DNA from: an uncultured Deferribacteres bacterium
Lineage (GTDB): Bacteria; Zhuqueibacterota; JdFR-76; BMS3Abin05
Assembly: GCA_964568545.1 (NCBI GenBank)
Contig: CAZMRE010000002.1
Coordinates: 1 to 59,819 of the forward strand
Direction of reading: 5' to 3'
DNA length: 59,819 nt
Below, in pieces: positions 19,731-28,948 of this stretch. The notes below the pieces were generated by a model, which saw nothing but the letters and a program-made list of their open reading frames with translations, was not told where the DNA came from and did no database searches. Every line of letters starts with the position of its first letter. The stretch's first letter is position 1. The position numbers and the translations under genes are program-made.

Positions 19731-20608
19731 GAAACAACCTTTTTGCCCTTGTTTGATCGGCGGTTCTTGGAATTCTTTTTTTCGCTCTGATGTTTCCCTT
19801 GAAGAATGAGGTTTGTAATTTCGTCCAGACTGTATCGGGTAACACCTTCGCCATTCAATCGCAAGTAAACTTCTTCCTTCAGGATGTCAATCCGTTCCAC
19901 CGTTCCTAAGCCGTCTGGTGTATTGATTCGGCTTCCCACATCCGGAAACCGCTGATTGGCTTCCTGGTAAAAATCCCGTTCAAAGCGTAAACAGCATTTG
20001 AGACGACCGCAAACACCGGATAATTTTGTGGGATTGAGCGGCAGATTTTGTTCTTTGGCGTGCTGTGTGGTGATCGGGTCAAATTCGTGTAAAAAGCTGG
20101 TACAGCACAATTGGCGACCGCAGGGCCCGTACCCGCCCAGTCGTCTGGCCTCATCCCGAACGCCAATTTGTCGAAGTTCGATGCGTGTTCGATAAATGGA
20201 AGCGAGGTCTTTGACCAATTCGCGGAAATCGACACGCTTGTCTGCGGTGAAATAAAAGGTTAACTTGTTTCGATCGAATTGGTATTCCACGTCCACAAGT
20301 TTCATCTGCAGTTGGTGCTCGGTGATTTTCACTTTGCACATTTCGAAGGCATCTCTTTCCAGGGCACGATTATCCGCGTAGTGCTGTAAATCGGTTTCGT
20401 TTGGCTTTCGTAAGATCTTACGAAGGTTGGATTCATCCTCGATTCCCTTCAAGGAAGCCAGAATTCCGACCTGCAGGATAATTCCCAGATCTTCGCCTCG
20501 GTCTGCCTCAACGATGGCATAATCGCCCACACGAAAGGGGTATTGAAGAGGATTATTGAAATATTCTTTGCGATTTCCCTTAAACCCAATTTCCAGAATT
20601 TGACTCAT
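19727..20608 (-). CDS. ricT: PSP1 domain protein (RicT/YaaT-like)
   Basis: FRVGDYAIVEADRGEDLGIILQV N-terminus and a Cys-rich C-region (CGRQLCCTSF, CGRLKCCLRFE) typical of the PSP1/RicT family. Confidence 0.8.
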   Translation of the reverse strand: MSQILEIGFKGNRKEYFNNPLQYPFRVGDYAIVEADRGEDLGIILQVGILASLKGIEDESNLRKILRKPNETDLQHYADNRALERDAFEMCKVKITEHQLQMKLVDVEYQFDRNKLTFYFTADKRVDFRELVKDLASIYRTRIELRQIGVRDEARRLGGYGPCGRQLCCTSFLHEFDPITTQHAKEQNLPLNPTKLSGVCGRLKCCLRFERDFYQEANQRFPDVGSRINTPDGLGTVERIDILKEEVYLRLNGEGVTRYSLDEITNLILQGKHQSEKKNSKNRRSNKGKKVVS

Positions 20609-21067
20609 TTATGCACACCTCACTCACATACTCGAAAAATTGATATCTATTGCGTTTTCTTAAAATTGGGCGGGGATGAGGCCTTTTAAATTTAGCATGG
20701 AAAAGAACAAGAAAGAAAAATCACATAAAAAAATTGTAAAAAGCCACTAACTTGCCTTCCGGTGCAAAATCGGAATTTTTTTGGCAATTGGTGTCAATAA
20801 TCAATCTTATTGGCGAAAATCTAAAAATGTAACAGATAAATTATGGTCGCCTTTTTACAATTAGAAATAAATTTATGTTAATTTTTTCGCAATCAGACCT
20901 CATTCAACCCAATTTCTCACGCATTCCGCACGCCCGGCGGGTGAAAATTGAGAATTACATTTTTTTGTTCAGAAATAGCCGATTCTGTTTTGCAAAAGAT
21001 TCTTCATCTACCGTTTCGTTCTCTGCACTTTTTGGCAGATGTCGGAATGTGGAATCTTAGAAAATCC

Positions 21068-22162
21068 TTAGGATCTTAACACAAGCTGCTTTTTAAAAAG
21101 CAGCATAAAATCAATTAAAATTAAATTAATATAAATATTTTTATCTATTAAATCAATAAGTTTTTCCACGCCCGAAATGGCTGTCTCAAGGTTTTGATCT
21201 TCCAACAAAATGGCTAATTTTTGAATATCATCCATGCGGTCAAAATTTGTAAGCACCGTTCCCCAATTGGGATTGTTAAATCTTAGCTGCTGAAAAATCA
21301 GTACATCTCTCAGCCACAGAAGCGCCAGCAGAAAAAAATCTTTGATGAGCGATTTGTTTCTGCCCGAGGCTAATTTTTCAACAAAAGAAAACCGCTCCAC
21401 ATCGTCAGAAGATGCTGCAACGACGAGCGACTGAAGTGCCAGGTCTCGAAGGGCCTGGTAGTCCTCCTGAAGGAGGATCATCGCCTTGCGAAAGTTTCCT
21501 TGGGCCAAGCGAGAAACGACCTCTGCCTGTGCGTCGTCAATTCCTCGTCTCACAAGTTTAGCTCGAATATCATTGGCCGACAGGGGTGAAAATTTTATGA
21601 TTTGACATCGGGAAATAATTGTGGGCAGTAACTGGTTGAGTCTCGACGTCGTCAAAATAAGAACTGTTTTTTCCGGTGGTTCTTCCAAAAGTTTTAAAAT
21701 CGAATTTGCAGCCTGTTCAGTCATGCGATCCGCTTCGGATATCAGAATGACCCGATAGTTTGCGCTGTAAATTTTTAGCGAAACGAACTGCTTTAGCTCC
21801 CGCGTGTTGTCAATCAGAATTTTAGCCATGCTGTTTTTTGCCAGCGGGAAATAGGGGTCTTTTGCCTTCAGCTTCAATTTTTGAGAGAAATCCTTCTCCT
21901 GCTCTTTGGAGGATGTGGGGTAAATCAGGCGAAAATCAGGGTGCGTAAGTGCACCAAATTGGCGGCAATTGCTGCAAACGTCACAGGGCACTGTTGTTTT
22001 GCTGAGGCAATTGATGGCTTTGGCAAATTCAATGGCCATGGCGTCTTTTCCGACGCCCTCCGGCCCGTAGAAAATGTACGATTTGGACAAACGCCCCGTG
22101 TTCAGAATTTTGCGGATCATTTCCTTTACATTTTTTTGTCCGATAATTCGGTCGAAACTCAT
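21068..22162 (-). CDS. holB: DNA polymerase III subunit delta-prime
   Basis: Clamp-loader AAA+ N-terminus IIGQKNVKEMI...YIFYGPEGVGKDAMA, a zinc module CDVCSNCRQF, and a SRC motif (ISRCQ). Confidence 0.8.
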   Translation of the reverse strand: MSFDRIIGQKNVKEMIRKILNTGRLSKSYIFYGPEGVGKDAMAIEFAKAINCLSKTTVPCDVCSNCRQFGALTHPDFRLIYPTSSKEQEKDFSQKLKLKAKDPYFPLAKNSMAKILIDNTRELKQFVSLKIYSANYRVILISEADRMTEQAANSILKLLEEPPEKTVLILTTSRLNQLLPTIISRCQIIKFSPLSANDIRAKLVRRGIDDAQAEVVSRLAQGNFRKAMILLQEDYQALRDLALQSLVVAASSDDVERFSFVEKLASGRNKSLIKDFFLLALLWLRDVLIFQQLRFNNPNWGTVLTNFDRMDDIQKLAILLEDQNLETAISGVEKLIDLIDKNIYINLILIDFMLLFKKQLVLRS

Positions 22163-22173
22163 AGGAATCCCTT

Positions 22174-23370
22174 CTAACCCCTTTTTCTCAACCAGATTTC
22201 CGGGTTAATGATTTTAGTGTTTTTCCAGATTTCAAAATGAAGCATGGCTCCCGAAAGGGACCCGGAATTTCCCACTTTTCCAATTTTCTCACCTTGACGC
22301 ACTTTTTGGCCGGGTACAACATCAATTTCGGAAAGATGGGCATAGACCGTGTAGTAGCCTCCGTAATGATCGATAATAAGAATATTCCCCCGGCCGCGCT
22401 GCCAGGTAATCGCCGTAACGATGCCGTCGGCAGCAGAGCGCACGGGTGTACCGAAAGGCGCCCGAATATCGACGCCGATATTTTCCTGAACGGTGTGGAG
22501 CTTTTTATTCCGCACGCGTCCATAATGATTAATAATTTTTCCCCGTGTTGGCCAGGGGAGTCTGCCTCTGAGAGCAGCAAAATGACTGACCTCCGTGCGC
22601 CGGCTGGCAGTGGCCGCTCGTGTTTTTTCTTTTGATCGAATAAGTGATTTGATAGCAGCTTCGGCTTCTTGATATTCCTTGAGCTTTTGCGCGTAAACTT
22701 TCTTGTCGTTTCTGATTTTTCTTAAAAGTCTTTTTCGTTTGTTTTGCTGAATTGAAAGATTGCGCTGTTCCTTTTTCTTTTCCGTAATCAACGCCTTCTG
22801 CCGCTTCCAGCTTTTCCGAAGTAAATCGGCTTGCGTGGCAATTTCTTCCTTTTGCCTCTTGAGTGTCTGAATCCGGAGCCTGTCCGCCTTCATAATGCGC
22901 TTTCGGTATTTCAGCCAGACTAAGGCCTGGTTGAGTGATTTTGCCGAGAGCAGGATTTCCAAATCCAGTAGAGGACCTTCTTTGTAGTACCGAACCGCGC
23001 GGCGAGAGTAATCGTTCTTCAAAAGCTGGTAATCCGACGACAGTTTTAGCAGCTCTTTATTTTGCAGGAAGATTCGATTCCGCTGCTTCACTTCTTCAAC
23101 GGAAAGTTTTCGCAAAAGGGAACGGATCAGATCCATTTCCCGCTCAGTACGCGCAAGCTGTTCGAGGGTCGATGTCTCCTTTTTCTTCGAGGATCGGTAT
23201 TTTTGGCGATATTTTTGGATTTCTTTTCTAATTGAATGCAGTTTTTTCTGCTGCGTTTTTGAAGAAACCTTTTGCGCATACGCAGGCGGAAAAAATTGGA
23301 TCCACTGGAAAAATAAACCGAGTAATAGAAGAATTAACAAATAATTTGGAGATTCTTGTTTTTTTATCAT
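22174..23370 (-). CDS. EnvC-like coiled-coil protein with degenerate LytM (M23) domain
   Basis: Long Lys/Arg/Glu coiled coil followed by an M23 fold (GVDIRAPFGTPVRSAADGIV...YAHLSEI...GNSGSLSGAMLHFEIW). The HxxxD His is Asn (NIGVD) and the first His of HxH is Met (MLH), as in non-catalytic amidase activators. Confidence 0.8.
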   Translation of the reverse strand: MIKKQESPNYLLILLLLGLFFQWIQFFPPAYAQKVSSKTQQKKLHSIRKEIQKYRQKYRSSKKKETSTLEQLARTEREMDLIRSLLRKLSVEEVKQRNRIFLQNKELLKLSSDYQLLKNDYSRRAVRYYKEGPLLDLEILLSAKSLNQALVWLKYRKRIMKADRLRIQTLKRQKEEIATQADLLRKSWKRQKALITEKKKEQRNLSIQQNKRKRLLRKIRNDKKVYAQKLKEYQEAEAAIKSLIRSKEKTRAATASRRTEVSHFAALRGRLPWPTRGKIINHYGRVRNKKLHTVQENIGVDIRAPFGTPVRSAADGIVTAITWQRGRGNILIIDHYGGYYTVYAHLSEIDVVPGQKVRQGEKIGKVGNSGSLSGAMLHFEIWKNTKIINPEIWLRKRG

Positions 23371-23562
23371 ACCCTGGTTTTCAATCGTTGATGAATTAAT
23401 GGCTGCCGGAGGCTTTTAACCTGCATCATTCATAAATTATTGCCGTGATGACCCTAACTCACTAAGATTATTACATTAACAATAATTCGTTAATTGAAAT
23501 TCTGTTTAGTTTACCTATTTTTTGCTTCAATGAAAATTTACATATCTTTATGTTTATTAAAG

Positions 23563-23600
23563 GCTTGTACCTTTGTGTCTTTGCAGCTAAAAAATTTTTC
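23563..23600. repeat. CTTTGTG-type intergenic element ending in A6T5
   Basis: TACCTTTGTGTCTTTGCAGCTAAAAAATTTTTCG. It shares the CTTTGTG...A-run/T-run layout of 14310-14333. Confidence 0.4.
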
Positions 23601-23691
23601 GTTTTAAGACACTGATTTCAATTTCTTAAAAAATAATAGAAAACGTGTCAAAAAGCAACTGAAAAGAATAGACATTCGGTCAAAATTTTAC

Positions 23692-23720
23692 TTGACAAAA
23701 TGCTAAATTTTTCGTAAAAT
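23692..23720 (+). promoter_or_regulatory. sigma-70-like promoter for the 23817 gene
   Basis: TTGACA (23692-23697), a 17-nt spacer, then TAAAAT (23715-23720), about 95 nt upstream of the ATG. Confidence 0.45.
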
Positions 23721-23816
23721 CTAACATTACGAAAATCAAATGCTTACTTTGAGGAAATGGTCATTAACAGTGATTAACCAGAGAGTCGACGGCTGATTAA
23801 AAACGAAGGAGGAAAA

Positions 23817-25019
23817 ATGGTTAAGCTTCACTTTAATTACAAGGATTTGTTCCGGTCGGCACGGCTGGCGTTTAGTATTCAGCGCGTGTGGATTAATTTT
23901 GTTGGGTTGGTCATTGGTTTTCTGTCGTACGATATTTTAACGTATGTCAGTTTTTTGACTGCCGGCAAAGGCTTTGTCCCAATGTGGGAACGTTTCGGAT
24001 TGTTTCCCTGCCTTTTCGGGCTGGGCGGCCCGTGGTATAGTTGGGTGATTTTCTGGATTGGCGTGCTCCTGCTTGTGGCAATTGTTCTTCTAACAAACAC
24101 GGCAGTTTCCAGAGCCGTTTATATGAATTTGAAGGGTGAAACGTTTTACACCTGGAAAGAAGCGTTTGGATTTTCCCTGAAGCGCTGGGGTTCAACATTG
24201 GCCGCGCCTACAGCAATTATTGGGATTATTCTGTTTTTTGCCATTGGTGCCATTATTATGGGATTGCTGGGACGCATCCCCTACGTGGGAGAGCTCGGAA
24301 CGGCTCTAATGACCCTCTTTTACATGGGTTCGGCGCTGTTTGTCTTTTTCCTGATTTTGGTTTTGATCGTTGCGTTATTTTTCGTTCCTTCCATTATTGC
24401 AACGACAAATGAGGATGCCTTTGAAGCGGTTTTCCAGTCATTCTCAATTTCCACCGGTCAACCCTGGCGGATTATCGGCTACGGAATTGTTGTTTTTGTG
24501 GTTGAGGTTCTGGGATTTGTTATTTTGGCATGGGCTGTTAAAGAGGCATTTCTGATTTTTAATTTCCTCTTTGTTGTTGGAATGGGCCATAAATTCCTTG
24601 ATTTAATGAATAATGGATTGGCGCTGGTGCAAAGCTGGGTGTATCCAACTCTCAATTGGATTCAATATGCCTTTGGCGATTTCTCCCGCTATTTCTATTT
24701 TGCCCGTGATTTTGTACCAAAAGATGTGCCCGTAGTGATGGAAATTTCTGCATGGATCTTCGCCATTTCTATGCTTGCCGTGGGAGGTCTGGTTGTGGCT
24801 TACGCAGAAGCCGTTGGCAATTCTGGAATGACGTTGATGTATCTGGTGATGCGTAAGCATCAGGATGATGAGAATCTCCTTGAGAGAAAAGAAGAGGAAG
24901 AGGAAGAGGAAGAAGAAGAAACCTCCGAAGAGGCCAAAACCGAAGAACCAACTGAAGGTGAAAAATCTGAGGAAAAGGACAAGCCTTCGGAAGAAAATGA
25001 AGAGAAAAAAGACGAATAA
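23817..25019 (+). CDS. multi-pass membrane protein with acidic poly-Glu C-terminal tail
   Basis: AGGAGG RBS, roughly 8 hydrophobic helices, and a tail ERKEEEEEEEEEETSEEAKTEEPTEGEKSEEKDKPSEENEEKKDE. No family recognised. Confidence 0.6.
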   Translation: MVKLHFNYKDLFRSARLAFSIQRVWINFVGLVIGFLSYDILTYVSFLTAGKGFVPMWERFGLFPCLFGLGGPWYSWVIFWIGVLLLVAIVLLTNTAVSRAVYMNLKGETFYTWKEAFGFSLKRWGSTLAAPTAIIGIILFFAIGAIIMGLLGRIPYVGELGTALMTLFYMGSALFVFFLILVLIVALFFVPSIIATTNEDAFEAVFQSFSISTGQPWRIIGYGIVVFVVEVLGFVILAWAVKEAFLIFNFLFVVGMGHKFLDLMNNGLALVQSWVYPTLNWIQYAFGDFSRYFYFARDFVPKDVPVVMEISAWIFAISMLAVGGLVVAYAEAVGNSGMTLMYLVMRKHQDDENLLERKEEEEEEEEEETSEEAKTEEPTEGEKSEEKDKPSEENEEKKDE

Positions 25020-25046
25020 TTTTAAGCGGTAGATTTTTTCCAAACG

Positions 25047-25082
25047 GGGCGTTGGCAGGTTTTTTGTCAACGCCCTTTTTGT
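25047..25082 (+). terminator. rho-independent terminator
   Basis: GGGCGTTG-N13-CAACGCCC hairpin followed by TTTTT. Confidence 0.65.
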
Positions 25083-25185
25083 AGAAAAAATTATTGAATT
25101 TGTTTTAGGCTGTGCTATTGGTAAAGTCATGTCACAAGGACACCAAATCAATAAGAATATAATTTAAAGTATTAGACAAGAAGAA

Positions 25186-26340
25186 ATGTTGGTGGAACCG
25201 TACACGTATTCGGGAAACACATCCATTCAAGATATTCTTGGAGAGAATATTCTTTACAGGGATTTGAATCCGGTGTCTTCACAATTTCCATCCTTTGACG
25301 AGATTCGCAGAAAACTGGGTCTGGAGCAAAGATTTCCACCGCGAAAGCTTTCGCCAGATTACGCCAGGATCATTCTGGAATACCTAAAATCGAGGGATTT
25401 GAATTTACCACAACAGATTCTCTTTTTTGGAGATACGCCTGGAAATGACGGTGCGGTCGTTCGCAATCTGGAAAAACTCAGCAGTCGGCCGGTCTTTGGC
25501 TTTATCGGCAAAGAAGCGCTGGCGGAAAAAGCAGCACTCTCGTCAGAGCCCCCTCTTTTTCTTGCCAATCGCTGGGAATTAATTCCTGAATTTTTCTCTC
25601 AAATTCAAAAATTGGGTTTTAGCTACGATCGGGAAACGGGGGTGTTGGTTGACATGGACAAAACCCTAATTGGCGCACGCGGACGGAATGATCCAATTAT
25701 CGATCAGGCCAGAATGGAGGGCGTGAAAAAGCTCATCCAGAAAACCCTAAACGAACAGTGGCATGAGGATCATTTTATTCTCATCTATGAAACCTTTAAC
25801 GAACCGGCTTACCATTTTCTAACGGAAGATAATCAGGATTATTTGGCATTTATCTGCTTAATGATTATTGCGGGTGTGTGGAGTTTTGAAGAATTGATTG
25901 AACAGCTTGTTCGAAAAAACATTACTTCCTTTCAAGGGTTCCTGAATCGTACAGCGTCCCTTTTGCAGCGTCGGCCAGTACCGGCAGTTGCCCCTTATTT
26001 TGAAGAGGTTTTTCTGGGAGTGATCAAAGGTGACCCCACGCCTTTCAAATCGTTTCGGCGAATGGAATATCTGGCCACTATCGAGAGAATTGATTTCCTG
26101 CAAAGTGAAAACCCTGCGGAAATTCTTCAATCTGAAATTACACTCACACAGGAAATTGTCGATGTCATTTCTTTCCTGAAAGAAAGGCATTTTGAAACGT
26201 TCTGGTGCATCTCGGACAAGCCCCCTGAAAGCACGTTTCCCACGGCTGACTGGAATCGGAAGGGCTTCCTCCCGCTTCACCAGAAACGGATGAAAATCGT
26301 GGGGAACCCCCTCTTGCCGCGGCTGTTTCGAATGATGTAA
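25186..26340 (+). CDS. hypothetical protein with HAD-superfamily-like motifs
   Basis: VLVDMDKTLIGARG matches HAD motif I (DxDxT). A GDTPGNDG motif-IV-like element lies about 70 aa N-terminal to it. The rest is unrecognised. Confidence 0.45.
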   Translation: MLVEPYTYSGNTSIQDILGENILYRDLNPVSSQFPSFDEIRRKLGLEQRFPPRKLSPDYARIILEYLKSRDLNLPQQILFFGDTPGNDGAVVRNLEKLSSRPVFGFIGKEALAEKAALSSEPPLFLANRWELIPEFFSQIQKLGFSYDRETGVLVDMDKTLIGARGRNDPIIDQARMEGVKKLIQKTLNEQWHEDHFILIYETFNEPAYHFLTEDNQDYLAFICLMIIAGVWSFEELIEQLVRKNITSFQGFLNRTASLLQRRPVPAVAPYFEEVFLGVIKGDPTPFKSFRRMEYLATIERIDFLQSENPAEILQSEITLTQEIVDVISFLKERHFETFWCISDKPPESTFPTADWNRKGFLPLHQKRMKIVGNPLLPRLFRMM

Positions 26341-26679
26341 GCCTTTCCGAACAACCGGCGATACGCATCAACCCAAAATTATTTTGACAGGCTTGTAGGA
26401 TTTTTTGCGCGTCATTTATTTTGCCAATTAACTTTATTGTAAACAATATGTTATATGATCCTATAAATTCCGTCAAACTATTCAAAGGGCGATGAATAGG
26501 ATTATTTTTGGGTATGTGCCTTCTTCTTTTTCTCTTTCTACGATGGCACTTTTCTGTTGATTCTTTCTTTAAAAAATATTAAAATGTATTGCATTGGAAA
26601 CTTTGCCGCTGCAAAAATGTACATAAAAAATGGGGATGAATTTCAAAGAAACTGTTCAAGCGGATGAATTAGGGAAGGA

Positions 26680-27828
26680 GTGAAGATCATGGTTACGATA
26701 GAGCAAGTGGAAGAGTTATTATCATTCAAAGCCGATCCTTTTCTTATGAGCAGTTTGTATTTGAATGTTAATGAAAAGCGATTTTCAAAAAAAGAATGTG
26801 GCATTCAATTAAAAGATTTGATCAAGCAGCGGCGGCAGGACATCAAACATGCGGATGTCAGCCCGGAGATAAAGGCTTCCCTTGAGGAAGATTTTAAGAA
26901 AATACAGCACTATGTGGATCAGGAGTTTTCCGGCAGGGGCGTTCGCTGTCTGGTTATTTTTTCGGCGTCAAAGAAGAATTTTTGGCAGGTTTATCACCTT
27001 CCACAGCCGGTTAAGAGTCGCCTGATTGTAAATGGGGAGGCATACGTACGACCACTCACCACACTTTTGGATGAATACAAGCGCTATTGTACGGTTGTGG
27101 TCAATCGTGATAAAGCGCGTATTTTCGAAGTTTATCTGGGTGAAATTACCGAACACACGGAGATTTTCAATCAAGTGCCGGGCAAGGTACGAATAGCCGG
27201 CTGGTACGGACTTGAAGAACGGAGAATTGAGAGAAATATTGACGATAAGATTCACCGGCATTTCAAGCAGGTGGCAGATGCCACATTGGATTTTTTTAAG
27301 AGAAAGCGATTTGATTGGTTAATTATCGGGGCAAAAAGAGAAAGTCTTTCTGCCTTTGAGGGCCATTTGCATACATACCTGCGCGATCGGATTATTGGCT
27401 GGGCGGATTTGGATCCTGAGACATCACTCCACGAGGCGCTTTTGAAAACTCAGGAAATAGCTCGACGAATGGAGCACGAGGAGGAGACCCGCCTGATTCA
27501 ACGTTTGCTGGACGAGGCGAATTCAAATGGCCTGGGTGTGATTGGGCTGGAAGATACCTTGAAAGCAATCTGGCAGGGACAGGTGAATGTGCTTCTTGTG
27601 AAGGATGATTTATCCGTGCCGGGATTTCTTTGCCCCAAGTGCGGTTACATGAGCACGGAAGAATCTGAGTGTCCGCACGATAAATTAGCTATGACTCCGA
27701 CGCCCGATATTTTGGAAGAAGCCGTGGAGTCGGCCATTTTTCAAAATTGCCAGATTGAACATGTCACAGAGTCGCAGGAACTGGATAATATTGGAGGAAT
27801 CGGTGCGATTCTGCGATTTAAAGTCTGA
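26680..27828 (+). CDS. bacterial eRF1/Pelota-like protein (GGQ-less) with Zn-ribbon insert
   Basis: GTG start with GGGAAGGAG upstream. The RRIERNIDDKIHRHFKQVA helix is positioned like the eRF1/Pelota central domain. The C-terminal domain ends in GGIGAILRFKV, as in the eRF1/Pelota family. CPKCG...ECPH insert. There is no GGQ anywhere in the ORF. Confidence 0.6.
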   Translation: MKIMVTIEQVEELLSFKADPFLMSSLYLNVNEKRFSKKECGIQLKDLIKQRRQDIKHADVSPEIKASLEEDFKKIQHYVDQEFSGRGVRCLVIFSASKKNFWQVYHLPQPVKSRLIVNGEAYVRPLTTLLDEYKRYCTVVVNRDKARIFEVYLGEITEHTEIFNQVPGKVRIAGWYGLEERRIERNIDDKIHRHFKQVADATLDFFKRKRFDWLIIGAKRESLSAFEGHLHTYLRDRIIGWADLDPETSLHEALLKTQEIARRMEHEEETRLIQRLLDEANSNGLGVIGLEDTLKAIWQGQVNVLLVKDDLSVPGFLCPKCGYMSTEESECPHDKLAMTPTPDILEEAVESAIFQNCQIEHVTESQELDNIGGIGAILRFKV

Positions 27829-27922
27829 AAAATCTCACCTGCAAATCTCAGGAAGAACGTGCCATCTCTGTTTTCCGAGGTGGCACATTTTTGTTAATGA
27901 CGATTGAACTAAAGGCTCTCTT

Positions 27923-28948
27923 ATGAATGAATTACGGCGAGACCCCGTTAGTGGACGCTGGACAATTATTCTGACAGGGGAAGAAGTAAAAATAGAGAAT
28001 TTGTTATCTGTATCCCATCCTCCAACGAAACAGCCCAATGAGACCTGCCCCTTTTGTGAAGGAAACGAAAGCCTGACTCCTCCTGAAATATTCGCCATCC
28101 GCAAGCCTGACTCCCGCCCCAATTCTCCTGGATGGAAAATTCGCGTGATTCCCGATCGAAATCCCATTCTTCAAAAACATGGTGATATCGACAACCGCGC
28201 CATGGGGATCTATGATGTTTTAAATGGCATCGGCGCCCACGAAATTTTGATTGAACATCCGCATCATGATATTAATATTCCCGAATTTTCACCTGACCAA
28301 ATGGTGGATGTTTTGAAGACCATGCAGTTCAGAATAAAAGAATTGAAGAAGGATCCCCGATTTCGCTATGTTCTGATTCATAAAAATTACGGTGAAGCCA
28401 CCGGAAATACGTTGAGGCATGCCTACTCCCAAATCTTGGCAACGCCGATTACGCCTCGCCGAATCCGGGATGAGCTGCTCAATGCAAAGGAATATTACGG
28501 CTACAAAGAACGCTGTGTTTTTTGTGATATTGTTGATGAGGAAACTCGTCGCGAAAAACGCATTGTTTTGGACGATGGCAAGTTTGTGGTTTTTGAATCA
28601 TTTGCGGCGGGCCGCCCGTTTGAAACCTGGATTGTTCCCCGATTGCACGAGACTTTTTTTGAGATGAACGGCGAGTTGCCGGCATTGGCTGAAATTTTCA
28701 TTACAATTATGTCAAAAATAAAAAAATTGCTAAATGACCCTTCTTATTTGATTACATTACATAATGGGCCCAATATTGCCGTTTCTGCAAAACGAGGCTA
28801 TTGGAAAACCCTCAAGCATGATTTTCACTGGCACTTCGAAATTGTGCCACGATTGAGGAACCGAAGTAGTTTTGAATTGGGTTCGGGCATTCCCATTAAT
28901 CCGGTTGCTCCGGAGGTTGCTGCCCAACTGCTCCGGGAGAACATGTGA
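27923..28948 (+). CDS. GalT-fold (HIT superfamily) nucleotidyltransferase-like protein with altered active-site motif
   Basis: RRDPVSGRWTII, the zinc knuckle CPFCEGNE, GAHEILIE, and the second-half FHWHFEIVPR all match galactose-1-phosphate uridylyltransferase-type proteins. The HxHxQ motif reads RHAYSQ (codons CAT GCC TAC TCC CAA). Confidence 0.75.
   Translation: MNELRRDPVSGRWTIILTGEEVKIENLLSVSHPPTKQPNETCPFCEGNESLTPPEIFAIRKPDSRPNSPGWKIRVIPDRNPILQKHGDIDNRAMGIYDVLNGIGAHEILIEHPHHDINIPEFSPDQMVDVLKTMQFRIKELKKDPRFRYVLIHKNYGEATGNTLRHAYSQILATPITPRRIRDELLNAKEYYGYKERCVFCDIVDEETRREKRIVLDDGKFVVFESFAAGRPFETWIVPRLHETFFEMNGELPALAEIFITIMSKIKKLLNDPSYLITLHNGPNIAVSAKRGYWKTLKHDFHWHFEIVPRLRNRSSFELGSGIPINPVAPEVAAQLLRENM

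Noticed and set aside
20751-20766. Minus-strand CACCGGAAGGCAAG, resembling the SRP RNA domain IV motif (CCGGAAGGAAGCAGC)
   Set aside because: The AGCAGC half and the complementary 3' strand of the helix are absent, and no extended hairpin is possible.
26544-26558. Sigma-54-like TGGCAC-N5-TGTT upstream of the eRF1-like gene, with a second copy at 27881-27895 upstream of the GalT-like gene
   Set aside because: The -24 half is perfect, but the invariant GC of the -12 element is missing in both. The second TGGCAC is also the 3' arm of a GTGCCA-N16-TGGCAC hairpin followed by ATTTTT, which is better read as a weak terminator. TGGCAC alone is expected many times by chance in 60 kb.
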